A DNA stretch of 63,944 bases, filler included, from Octopus bimaculoides (lineage: Eukaryota): assembly GCF_001194135.2 (NCBI RefSeq). It is 6 parts of 6 records of this genome, joined end to end, with 100 filler letters (N's around TTAATTAATTAA, not from the genome) between each part and the next. Parts side by side here need not be neighbours in the genome. Positions count along the whole stretch, not along the records: positions 32,898 to 46,881 come from NC_068988.1; positions 46,982 to 54,496 come from NW_026311353.1; positions 54,597 to 62,177 come from NC_069002.1; 3 more parts are not named here. One strand, written 5' to 3'. Position 1 is the first letter of the stretch. The number at the start of each line of letters is the position of its first letter. A program made the position numbers and the translations under genes. The notes beneath the pieces were generated by a model. It was not told the origin of the DNA. It did not search any database and saw only the letters and a list, made by a program, of their open reading frames with translations. Positions 46,862 to 59,160 of this stretch are shown here, piece after piece.

Positions 46862-47983
46862 CCATAATCACCATCACCGCCNNNNNNNNNNNNNNNNNNN
46901 NNNNNNNNNNNNNNNNNNNNNNNNNTTAATTAATTAANNNNNNNNNNNNNNNNNNNNNNNNNNNNNNNNNNNNNNNNNNNNATATGTGTGTGTATAAATA
47001 TATACTAGTTCTGAAACCGCCCTTTGGGCAGTGTTCCAACTAGCTCCTGTGGAGGGTACCTTTAAGGACTTTGGCCCCCACTATTGGGCAGCTTCACAGT
47101 CCTCTACCCTTGCGTAATGAAATATATTTCTGCAAATGTGCTTAGCACGGTTTCATAAATAAGTGTAGGTGTGACGTAAATGGATCAGTGGGTCCCCATT
47201 TAAGCAGCCCTTCAGGAATTGAACCTCCTTAAGACACTCCCTGAGAGTTCATGGTATATCTCCTGTGAGATAATATAGGGTCCCTTGATTACAATGCAAA
47301 CTTCATTTGATTAAGGCATATTTGGGCAATTACATGAGATTCTGCTAGTTATGAAGTATATCTCGCCTGGATTTTATCCACTTCATTCTCTAAATTTGCA
47401 TTTTTATTCACATATACAGCAACCCCAGCTGCTAACCGTGAACTATGAAATAACTTTTATTCAGCTTATTGAACTTTGATATGGGAAAAATTTACAACTT
47501 TCTACGTCAATGAAGCACTATTGTTTCTGAAAGTTGTCTTTTATATCTTCTACAGACTGCTTGAAGCTTACTAACTTCCTACACCTTGATCCTTTAGATA
47601 CATATACACACACATAGACATCTATCTTTCATTATAAATATTTATACTTTGGATAAGTTGAGTCATTCATGTAAAAAGTTACGTTTACATTTTATGAAGA
47701 TAACATTGTAAAATTTCTACTGTTGAATCCCAACTTTTTAAGTGTCCCCTATATCTTATTCTGTTTATCATTTCAGAATATCAGAGGCCATTGACAGAAC
47801 AGAATTGTTAACTGCAGTCACATCATCGTTATTATCTTCTAAAGACAAAGAGAAAAGATGTACAGAACAGATATAACTTTTAACCTTGTTTTTATAAATC
47901 CATGGTGAATTTTGTTTAATCTTGTGGAAAAAGAAAATCACTTGGAAATTTATGTGAGAAATTTCACGGAGTTTCCTTGAGAC

Positions 47984-49339
47984 ATGCCAAAAGTAATACG
48001 AAAATTATACAACTGTGACGTGTGTAAAAGGTCATTTTGTAAGGCCATTACACTCACTACTCACAAATGTATTAATTCCCATCACTGTGATGTCTGTAGT
48101 AAATCATTTTCTCGTGCAGATAGTTTGGCTTCACACAAATATATTCATACTGGAGAAAAGCCACATAGCTGTGGAATCTGTGGTAAATCATTTTCTCATA
48201 AACATCATTTAGTTAGACACAACTATATTCATACAGGAGAGAAACCACATCATTGTGACATCTGTGGTAACTCATTCTCCGATGGAAGTACCTTAACTAA
48301 ACACAAACGTATTCATACAGGGGAGAAACCATATCGTTGTGATATCTGTGGTATATCATTCTCTCAGATTATTCACTTAACTAGACACATAACGAGTCAC
48401 ACAGGAGAAAAACCATACAAATGTGATTTCTGTGATAAATCGTTCTCTCAAACATATATTTTAGATAAACATATACGGACCCATACTGGAGAAAAGCCGT
48501 TTCACTGTAACTTCTGTGGTGAATCATTTTCTCAAAACAGTCACTTAACTACGCATAAATATATTCATACAGGAGAGAAACCATATCACTGTAGTATCTG
48601 TGGTGAGGGATTTTCTCAAAAATGTTACTTAACTGGACATGAGTATGCTCACGCAGGAGAGAAACCTTATCACTGTGATCTGTGTGATGAATCATTTTCT
48701 TTAAAGGGAGATTTAACTCAGCACAGACTGACTCATGTTGGAGAAAAACCTTGTTACTGTAACATCTGTGGTAAATTGTTCTTTGATAAAAGTGTCCTCC
48801 GTAGTCACAAAGAGAATCATGAAGAGGCAAAGCGCTATCGCTGTGATATCTGTGGCAAATCATTCTTCGCAAACAGCAGCTTAACTAACCACATTCGCAG
48901 TCACACAGGAGAGAAACCGTATCAGTGTGATGTCTGTGGTAAATCATTTTCTGTCAGAAGTAATTTAAGAAAACACAAATATATTCATACTGGAGAGAAA
49001 CCATATCCCTGTGATATCTGTGGTAAATCATTCTCTTTAAAGAGTAACTTAACTAGGCATAGGTATATTCATACAGGAGAGACACCATATCACTGTGATG
49101 TCTGTGGTAAGTCATTTTCTGGCGGAAGTAACTTAACTAATCATAAACGCATTCATACAGGGGAGAAACCATTTCACTGTGATATCTGTGGTAAATCATT
49201 TACCGTAGCAAGTAACTTAACTAATCACAAACGTACTCATACAGGAGACAAACCATATCACTGTGATATCTGTGGAAAATCATATTGTCAAATGAGAAAC
49301 TTAACTAGACACAAATCCATTCATACAGAAGAGATGTGA
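47984..49339 (+). CDS. C2H2 zinc-finger protein, 15 complete fingers plus one degenerate N-terminal finger (451 aa)
   Basis: Tandem CxxC...HxxxH units with TGEKP linkers in a single exon. An upstream acceptor (ttatcatttcag|) at 47776 suggests a spliced 5' UTR. No KRAB or other effector domain is seen. Confidence 0.93.
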   Translation: MPKVIRKLYNCDVCKRSFCKAITLTTHKCINSHHCDVCSKSFSRADSLASHKYIHTGEKPHSCGICGKSFSHKHHLVRHNYIHTGEKPHHCDICGNSFSDGSTLTKHKRIHTGEKPYRCDICGISFSQIIHLTRHITSHTGEKPYKCDFCDKSFSQTYILDKHIRTHTGEKPFHCNFCGESFSQNSHLTTHKYIHTGEKPYHCSICGEGFSQKCYLTGHEYAHAGEKPYHCDLCDESFSLKGDLTQHRLTHVGEKPCYCNICGKLFFDKSVLRSHKENHEEAKRYRCDICGKSFFANSSLTNHIRSHTGEKPYQCDVCGKSFSVRSNLRKHKYIHTGEKPYPCDICGKSFSLKSNLTRHRYIHTGETPYHCDVCGKSFSGGSNLTNHKRIHTGEKPFHCDICGKSFTVASNLTNHKRTHTGDKPYHCDICGKSYCQMRNLTRHKSIHTEEM

Positions 49340-50008
49340 TATCATTGACAGGTGTAGCAAATCCTCTCACTTAACTATACAAAAGCTAGACACATGGTAA
49401 GACGGATAAATTTCCATTTACATGAAGCTTCAACAGCCCAACAACAAGTTGCATCAACATTTAGTGTTGAAATATCAGTTTCAAATTTTGGCTCAAGGCC
49501 AGCAATTTTGTGGGAGTGGTTTAAGTTGATTACTTTGGGCCCAGTGATCAACTGGTACTCTTTTTTTTTTTTTATTGACCTCAAAAGGATGAAAGTCAAA
49601 GTTGATACCAACAGCATTTGAACTCAAAGCATAAAGCCAAAATAAATTCCACCAAGCATTTTGTCTGCCATGGTAATTCTACCAGGTCACTGCTTTGAAT
49701 TGCATTAATATCAAATCTCATTCTATGAAATTAATATATAACCATCAACATTCAGACTCATCATCATTAGTATCTTACGAACACGAAATATTTCCCTGTA
49801 CATTCCTTTTGTGTGTATAATTTCTGAATATATAAGATATACAATATACATAGATGTAGGAGTGGTTGTGTGGTAACAAGCTTGCTTCCCAACTACAAGG
49901 TTCTGGTTCAGTTCCATTGCATAGCACCTTGGGCAGGTCTTCTACTATAGCTTCAGGCTGACCAAAGCCTTGAGTGGATTTGATAGATGGAAACTGAAAA
50001 AAACCCAT

Positions 50009-50051
<43 letters not shown>

Positions 50052-50259
50052 ATATTATATATATATGTGTGTATACTTTTATTAAAAATCAAAAAAAATA
50101 TTCACAAACTGTTACTCAGAGTTTCATATTAATGCTTGTCAAACAGTTCTAATCACAGTTGTCCAATGAAAGTGTAATAAATGCATATTACTCTATCTTT
50201 CGTATTCGAGTACTAGTTTTTCCCCCACATTGTTTTGCATTACTCACGTATACATATAC

Positions 50260-50293
<34 letters not shown>

Positions 50294-51704
50294 TTGTGTC
50301 TCCTTGTCTCAATATCACATGATAGTAGTAAATAATTGTCGCTGACGTACAAGCATTGAGAACACAACTGGCCTTGGGGATACAATACTTTGCTGGGCAG
50401 CAGGAAGAACATCTGGCTGTGCAAAATCAGCCATAATAAGCTTTGTCTGACCCATGCAAGCTTGAAAATGGTGATGATGATTTTCAGGGATGCTAGGAGG
50501 TATATATTTTACTATAAGAAACTTTGCAGCATTTCATTTTAACTGCTATTTTGAATTATGGATTTTTAAGACAATAAAAAATTGTATTTAACAATGTGTT
50601 TTTTTTTTTTTAATTTTTAAAGAATTGCTCTGTACCTTGACATTTTGTGATGATTGACAGATAGGTAAGTGGAGTGACCCCGGCTATGACACTCAGACTG
50701 CCAAAGCTGCACACACCTTCGTATTTCAATTCCTTCCCTTTGTTGATTGAAACATTCAGGAATGTACCCCTCTTGGCAACTCATTAGACACTGTCTTGCT
50801 TTGTGTAGAATTATGATAATTGGCTGTGTTTGCTTCTGTCCTGACATACTTATATGCAGATGAGACTATGTGAGTTGTATACATGTGTTTGTGTGTATTT
50901 ATATATGGAGGATGAACGGCAAAATCGACTTAATTGAATTTTGAACTCAGAACATAAAGATAGACAAAATATTGCTCAGCATTTTGCTCAGCCTGCTAAC
51001 AATTGTTAACTCACTGCTTTCATGGCTGGTGAAATATTGCCAAAATGTAGATAATTTTTTTTTTCCATTGGATTTCTTCTATACAGATCCAGTAAGTAAA
51101 AACAAACGATAAATTGAAATTTTGGTAATGCGAGTGGAGAGAAATCATCGCAAAGCAAGACTACATACAAAAGCTAGAGACATGGGTAAGAATGATAAAT
51201 TTCCATTTACATGAAGCTTCAACAGCCCAACAAGTTGCATCAAATAAGCTGTTGTCATAAGAGCATCCAATCATTCCATCACAGGCAAAGAATACAGGTG
51301 TAGATTCTTCAGGTAAGTAACTATGCCAGTTTAAGTGGAGTAGGCATATCAATAGCCGAGAAATGGTGGGGTAACATGAAGTATCCAGAATATGTGACAG
51401 AGTTAAGCTTAGATTAGTTGTAGGTTAATCCTTTTACTACAAAAATCAGATCTACCATTTTCAAAATTTATTACCCTTAACTGTAGAAAGGGGTTTTATA
51501 TAAATCTAGAAAATACCAATTCTATGTTTGATATTTAACATTTACTGGAACGATGCAGGCATGGCTGAGCAGTAAGAAGTTTGCTTCCCAGCCACATGGT
51601 TTCAGGTTCAGTCCCACTGTGTGGCACTTGGACAGGTGTCTTCTATTATAGCCTTCGGGTTGACCAAAGGTTCGTGTGTGGGTTTGGTAGATGGAACCTG
51701 AAGA

Positions 51705-52000
51705 CGGACAGGAAATACTACGAGAGGCCAGGATGCACAAGGTGAACGGACTGTGGTGGAGCTAGCAGAAAGTGAAATGGAGGGGGATCTTTGCATCATG
51801 ATCGACAAAGGGCTGACCTTCAGGAACCACATCAACGACTTCCAAGGCAGAAATACGAGAGGACACAGCCTGAAATTGGAAAGATCACACTACAGGCTCA
51901 ACATTAGAAGCTGCTTTTTCAAACAGTGTGGTCGCAGCTCCATGAGTCAATGCCTTCAAGAACAGGCTTGACACACTGGAGGGAGCTTATACAAATACGT
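51705..52000 (+). mobile_element. CR1-type LINE fragment with internal deletions
   Basis: Reads EMEGDLCIMIDKGLTFRNHI and RNTRGHSLKLERSHYRLNIRSCFF...SVNAFKNRLD. Confidence 0.8.
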
Positions 52001-52123
52001 CCAAAGCTCATTAGTTAAGAGACTTCCACAGGTGAAATTCACATACATCTTGAAAAAAGTCTTTTACTCCTTCCACACAAGTAATCCAAAAGTTCATAAT
52101 TAGCAGACTTCACAGGTCAAATT

Positions 52124-53100
52124 CGACATTCATCATCATCATCATCATCATCGTTTAACGTCCGCTTTCCATGCTAGCATGGGTTGGACGATTTGACTGA
52201 GGACTGGTGAAACCGGATGGCAACACCAGGCTCCAGTCTGATTTGGCAGAGTTTCTACAGCTGGATGCCCTTCCTAACGCCAACCACTCAGAGAGTGTAG
52301 TGGGTGCTTTTACGTGTCACCCGCACGAAAACGGCCACGCTCGAAATGGTGTCTTTTATGTGCCACCCGCACAAGCTAGTCCAGGGGCACTGGCAACGAT
52401 CTCGCTCGAAAATCCTACAGGANNNNNNNNNNNNNNNNNNNNNNNNNNNNNNNNNNNNNNNNNNNNNNNNNNNNNNNNNNNNNNNNNNNNNNNNNNNNNN
52501 NNNNNNNNNNNNNNNNNNNNNNNNNNNNNNNNNNNNNNNNNNNNNCGACATTCATCATCATCATCATCATCATCGTTTAACGTCCGCTTTCCATGCTAGC
52601 ATGGGTTGGACGATTTGACTGAGGACTGGTGAAACCGGATGGCAACACCAGGCTCCAGTCTGATTTGGCAGAGTTTCTACAGCTGGATGCCCTTCCTAAC
52701 GCCAACCACTCAGAGAGTGTAGTGGGTGCTTTTACGTGTCACCCGCACGAAAACGGCCACGCTCGAAATGGTGTCTTTTATGTGCCACCCGCACAAGCTA
52801 GTCCAGGGGCACTGGCAACGATCTTACTTGGCTTGCCGGGTCTTCTCACGCACAGCCCATTTCCAAAGGTCTCGGTCCGTAGTCATCGCCTCGGTGAGGC
52901 CCAATGTACGAAGGTCTTGCCTCACCACCTCAGCCCAGGTCTTCCTGGGCCTACCTCTTCCACGGGTTCCCTCAACTGTTAGGGTGTGGCACTTTTTCAC
53001 GCAGCTATCCTCCTCCATTCTCACCACATGTCCATACCAGCGCAATCGTCTCTCTTGCACGCCACAACTGATGCTTCTAATGTTCAGCTTTTCTCTCAAG
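52124..53100 (-). mobile_element. Young RTE LINE 3' end (ORF C-terminus plus 3' UTR), apparently duplicated across a gap
   Basis: Intact REKLNIRSISCGVQERRLRWYGHVVRMEEDSCVKKC...GRGRPRKTWAEVVRQDLRTLGLTEAMTTDRDLWKWAVREKTRQAK*. The 3' UTR occurs twice, starting at about 52125 and 52547. Confidence 0.9.
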
Positions 53101-53489
53101 ATATATATATATCTATGGCCATTTCGGGAGTTCACCAACGCAGATTATCTACACTAACGTGCAACGTGGCGATGTATTAAGATAAACAGGAGACACGCAC
53201 AGATCTTTTAAGAAAAGCTAATATAATTTAAAAGAAAAATCCATAAACGGACCAGTTCAATATTTCTAATTAAAAAAAGGCATAACTACAGGGTTTTACA
53301 CCACCAGACTTTGGGAGGTCATAATTTTCAGAAAAATGAATNNNNNNNNNNTTTGTCCAAAGACACTTGGAAAAGGTTTAGTTTTTGAAAGCATTATATT
53401 TCGGTTGCCTAGTTCCATGAGAGTTACCTTGTCTGTTGGAATACGTTTCTAGATTACTGGCGTGTACAATACATGCTCACACATGTATG

Positions 53490-53533
<44 letters not shown>

Positions 53534-53899
53534 GATAATAATAAAGTGACAACAAAAGAATGAGACCTCAATATTAGGTAAATATAGCATTATTTATATA
53601 TGTATATAGATAGGACAATCAGTAAGTTGGCATAATAGTGTTTGGAGTGTGGATATGTGTATACATATGAGTACGTACATGCACATATATGTTTGTGTGT
53701 GTATGCCCATATACATGTTTGTGTGTGTATGCCCATATACATGTTTGTGTGAGTGTGGATGTTATGAACACAGGAGGTGTTTCTTTCTTTTTTTTTTATA
53801 AATCTCCTTTTACAAAACCACTGCATTATAGGGATGTCAAAAAACCGACACCGGCCCCTAAGTGATGGCCTTGAAAAATTCGAATTCAGCACTTATTTT

Positions 53900-54130
53900 G
53901 GTCTGCTTTGCTGAACTGCTAGATTATAGGAGCATAAACACCAACACCAGTTATCAAGCAGTGATGGGAGACAGACACGCAGACATGAGGAGACACACAC
54001 ACATATATATTCGATGGGCTTCTTTCAGTTTCCATCCACCAAAACCACTCACAAGGCTTTGGTCGGCTTGAGACTATAGTAGAAGACACTTGCTCAAGGT
54101 GGCACGCAGTGAGACTGAACCCAGAACACA
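53900..54130 (-). mobile_element. tRNA-derived SINE (family of 34829)
   Basis: Contains GGGCTTCTTTCAGTTTCC...AAGGCTTTGGTCGGC...GAAGACACTTGCTCAAGGTGGCACGCAGTGAGACTGAACCC. Confidence 0.8.
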
Positions 54131-54596
54131 TAATATATGACAAAGATGGTGGGATAGGTTGGAAGTATAAGGTATGTGATGACGTATGAACGGTCAAGGG
54201 GCCTTGTAAAAAGGACAACTAGTGTGTGTGACTTTTGCTTTCGGGACAGACATGGTGACCCCGCAAGAGTTCAGGGAAATTGGCGTTAGGTTCTGGCCAG
54301 AGGTTAGGTCGGTGTATCCTAAGTGGACAGTATAAATGTTGCGAGAGGACCCATGTGAAAGATGAACCAAGCTTTTTAGCCCATTTCACACACTTGCTGT
54401 AAAGTGGTTGGCATTTGGAAGGGCAACCAGCTGTAAAAACCTTTCCAAAATTGACCTCCCCCTGTGCTGGTGCCACGTAAAAAGCACTCAGTCCACNNNN
54501 NNNNNNNNNNNNNNNNNNNNNNNNNNNNNNNNNNNNNNNNTTAATTAATTAANNNNNNNNNNNNNNNNNNNNNNNNNNNNNNNNNNNNNNNNNNNN

Positions 54597-54637
<41 letters not shown>

Positions 54638-55243
54638 TGTATATGTTACGTTCTTACGTCACCTATTTTAGTATACTTTACAAACAGAGGTGTTTATTAA
54701 ATGAAAACGGTGGTGAGATGGATGTATAAAGAAATAATAAAAAAAAATAAAAAAAGTATTCAAGAACGAACAGTAATCACAACAAGAACACAAATAATAA
54801 CAGCATAGATTAACGGAAAGCGCGCACACACACACACTCATGAACACACGCAAACACACGAACACATACACATGAATATAGGCTCCCACAAACAAACAGA
54901 GACACAACATAACAAAAATAGTTATATGTAAACATGTATATAGGTATAACCACAAGCACCCTACACACACACTTACACCCGCACATACACACACACACAC
55001 ACACACACATGTCGATATAAACCATCCACATACGAAATTCCAATAAAAGAAGGGTAAGAGGATGTGTGTGTTAAGGTGGATACGGTATGTGTGTATGTGT
55101 GTGTGTGTGTGTGTGTGTACGTGTGGAGGGGTTATTGATGCTATTAGTAGTCGTAGAATTGTTGTTGTCGTTGTTGTTGTTGGCGGTGGTGGTGGTGATA
55201 ATGGTGGCGGTAGCGATGTTAGTGTTGACGTTAGTGCAATCAA

Positions 55244-55296
<53 letters not shown>

Positions 55297-55363
55297 TATT
55301 GAAGAAAACCATTCATTTATATTCCCAACATCAAACCCCGCCATTTTTACTGTTGTTGTTGTT

Positions 55364-55446
<83 letters not shown>

Positions 55447-56617
55447 NNNNNNNNNNNNNNNNNNNNNNNNNNNNNNNNNNNNNNNNNNNNNNNNNNNNNN
55501 NNNNNNNNNNNNNNNNNNNNNNNNNNNNNNNNNNNNNNNNNNNNNNNNNNNNNNNNNNNNNNNNNNNNNNNNNNNNNNNNNNNNNNNNNNNNNNNNNNNN
55601 NNNNNNNNNNNNNNNNNNNNNNNNNNNNNNNNNNNNNNNNNNNNNNNNNNNNNNNNNNNNNNNNNNNNNNNNNNNNNNNNNNNNNNNNNNNNNNNNNNNN
55701 NNNNNNNNNNNNNNNNNNNNNNNNNNNNNNNNNNNNNNNNNNNNNNNNNNNNNNNNNNNNNNNNNNNNNNNNNNNNNNNNNNNNNNNNNNNNNNNNNNNN
55801 NNNNNNNNNNNNNNNNNNNNNNNNNNNNNNNNNNNNNNNNNNNNNNNNNNNNNNNNNNNNNNNNNNNNNNNNNNNNNNNNNNNNNNNNNNNNNNNNNNNN
55901 NNNNNNNNNNNNNNNNNNNNNNNNNNNNNNNNNNNNNNNNNNNNNNNNNNNNNNNNNNNNNNNNNNNNNNNNNNNNNNNNNNNNNNNNNNNNNNNNNNNN
56001 NNNNNNNNNNNNNNNNNNNNNNNNNNNNNNNNNNNNNNNNNNNNNNNNNNNNNTGTATATATTTATATATATATATATGTAATCGTGTAATATTTTCTCC
56101 GTTTTCTCGTTTTTTTTTTGTGTGGGTTGTCGTACACATTCGCTTGCTTCTTTCCAAAAATTTAATGCTCTTAGCTTAGATTTTGGGGGCCTACCAATTT
56201 TGAATAGTATCAAGTGTAACAGGCCGAAACTGTAATGATAATTGGACACTTGACTGATGAACAGAAGGCCACGAATTTTCCGTCCTGTTTTTTTCCTGTC
56301 CCTCTTTGTATCGTCTTATTTGTGCGTATGTTATTTTTTTGTCATCCGTTACATTCTCATTTTTTTTTTTATTTATATATATACATATAGCGGCGTACGT
56401 ACACCTTTTGCTCACCTTGTAAATATGTATCTAATTTCTGTACGACTGTTTTCTCCTTCTTTTAGTCCCCCTTATACTTTCTTCTTTCTTGTTTTCTTTT
56501 TCTCGCTCTCCCTCTTTTACATTTCTTGGCATTCTCTGTCTTTAATTTCTCTACTTTCCTTCGTTATCACCCCTGTACCTTTTCCTCTGTCTCCTCCTCA
56601 CTCTGTTTTTCTCTCTC

Positions 56618-56685
<68 letters not shown>

Positions 56686-57572
56686 GTTCCTTCCCTAATT
56701 CTTCAATCACTCTTTCCCTTCTTCTCTCTGTTCCTTTTACGTGACCTGTGTTCAGCCCAGCATGATCTTGCTTTCTTGGCCCGACTGCCGCCCGTACGAC
56801 ACCTTATTTTCCTGTCTCTTGACCTTCGGATATGCTGTGCTGTAAGGCTTTCACTCCAGACGCCAGCTCAACATAACTTGTCCTTATTAGTCGAAAAACA
56901 CCTGTCATTTTCGTGTTATTTGTATTTGTAATCGACATTTTGAATAAACAGCGTTTCTTCCTTCACGATACCAGCAGACCATTTTTTCCCCCTCTACGTC
57001 AACAACGCCACTAAAATTTATTTCAACCTGAAACAGTATTTCAACCAGTTTACATATGAAGTTTCAAATCTCAGATTTGTTAATATTTCAACATCCTTTT
57101 TCGTCGCAAGTACAGAAACCAGCTCATTTCAACATCCTGCTTTGTTCAGAGTATGGCTTCTACCGTTTTTACCACCGCAAATCCAGCTTCTCATGATCAT
57201 CTTCGCACCAGCTCAACTTTTGCCACTGCAAGTTCATTGCTAACTTTCAGCGTTACAGCTTTTGTCATAATGTCATTTTCTTTTTATCATGAAATGGCGA
57301 AACTTAATTTCTCGGCCATCTAAACTTTTTCAGAAGAATTTTCCTGCATGTACTTTGACAATGCCTTGCACTACTGTTTTCAGTATGCGTGCGCTATATA
57401 CATATAATGTATATACTTAGTGGAGGCGCAATGGCCCAGTTGTTTCTCATTCAAATTTGGAGGAATAAATCTTATGTTGCTCAACTTTAAGCTTGTTTAG
57501 TTTCATTTCCTTTGACTTTGTAGTTTCTGTGATATTTACATTTCAAATGATATCAATATTTTTGAAACACCT

Positions 57573-57612
<40 letters not shown>

Positions 57613-58794
57613 ACATTACTCAGTTTTGCTTACTGCAATCGTTGTATTTGTTTTTCTTTACAGGTGGCTGTAGAAGTAGCATTAATTTATTTTCCTAGCA
57701 TCATCATCAACCTTATCATAGTTGTCAGCAGCAGTAGCAGTAGCAGCATCATGAACGCCATCAACGTCATCATCTTCATTATTATTCAATTCACCACCAA
57801 CACCAACACCACCATCACCACCACTACCACCACCAACATAGCCAGCATCACCATGATCATCATCTCCTTATCCATTTTTTTCTTTTCTTGTATTTTTTAT
57901 TTTTTCGTGGGACCAATGTTAAATAAAAACAAAAAAAAAAACAAGAAATAAGGAAAATATAAACCCTAAAAAACCCCAGAAATAAATAGAAAATAAAATA
58001 AAATATCGCATAAAAAACAAAAACGCAAAGCATAAAGAAAGTGACGATGATGTTGCGTAAAACACATTTATAGATGACGTCAGAGCCAACATTGCCAAAT
58101 AAACAACAGAAACAAAGAGACAGTGCAACCTTTTTTTGATTGATAGACTTTCTTCCGATTAGATCGCAAATAAACATTAACCTTACTTACACCGAAACAC
58201 ATACATCTTTCTATACACACACTCACATACACCAACAATATGTACACTTATATACTCATACATATGGACATAAATATTTATGTAGATACATATATATAAA
58301 TATATACATATATGTATATGTATAATTACATATACGTATTATATATATATATATATATATNNNNNNNNNNNNNNNNNNNNNNNNNNNNNNNNNNNNNNNN
58401 NNNNNNNNNNNNNNNNNNNNNNNNNNNNNNNNNNNNNNNNNNNNNNNNNNNNNNNNNNNNNNNNNNNNNNNNNNNNNNNNNNNNNNNNNNNNNNNNNNNN
58501 NNNNNNNNNNNNNNNNNNNNNNNNNNNNNNNNNNNNNNNNNNNNNNNNNNNNNNNNNNNNNNNNNNNNNNNNNNNNNNNNNNNNNNNNNNNNNNNNNNNN
58601 NNNNNNNNNNNNNNNNNNNNNNNNNNNNNNNNNNNNNNNNNNNNNNNNNNNNNNNNNNNNNNNNNNNNNNNNNNNNNNNNNNNNNNNNNNNNNNNNNNNN
58701 NNNNNNNNNNNNNNNNNNNNNNNNNNNNNNNNNNNNNNNNNNNNNNNNNNNNNNNNNNNNNNNNNNNNNNNNNNNNNNNNNNNNNNNNNNNNNC

Positions 58795-59160
58795 GGATTC
58801 GCGGTCATAGGATCGCGGTTTCGATTCCCAGACCGGGCGTTGTGAGTGTTTATTGAGCGAAAACACCTAAAGCTCCACGAGGCTCCGGCAGGGGATGATG
58901 GTGGCGAACCGTGCTGTACTCTTTCACCACAACTTTCTCTCACTCTTACTTCATGTTTCTGTTGTGCCTGTAATTCAAAGGGTCAGCCTTGTCACACTGT
59001 GTCATGCTGAATATCCCCGAGAACTACGTTAAGGGTTCACGTGTCTGTGGAGTGTTCAGCCACTTGCACGTTAATCCCACGAGCAGGCTGTTCCGTTGAT
59101 CGGATCAACTTGAACCCTCGACGTCGTAAGCGACGGAGTGCCAACAACAACAACAACAAT
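58795..59160 (+). mobile_element. tRNA-derived SINE (family of 36170) with a (CAA)n tail
   Basis: B box GGTTTCGATTCCC, body GAGAACTACGTTAAGGG...CTGTTCCGTTGATCGGATCAAC, and a CAACAACAA tail. Confidence 0.8.

Noticed and set aside
47900-47983. N-terminal extension of the ZNF ORF by editing or read-through of the TGA at 47978
   Set aside because: There is no in-frame ATG between this stop and the next upstream stop at 47906, so read-through would add nothing without an unseen exon.
58072-58079. TGACGTCA CRE-like site (another occurs near 35548)
   Set aside because: These are isolated 8-mers with no identifiable promoter or first exon nearby, and are expected by chance.
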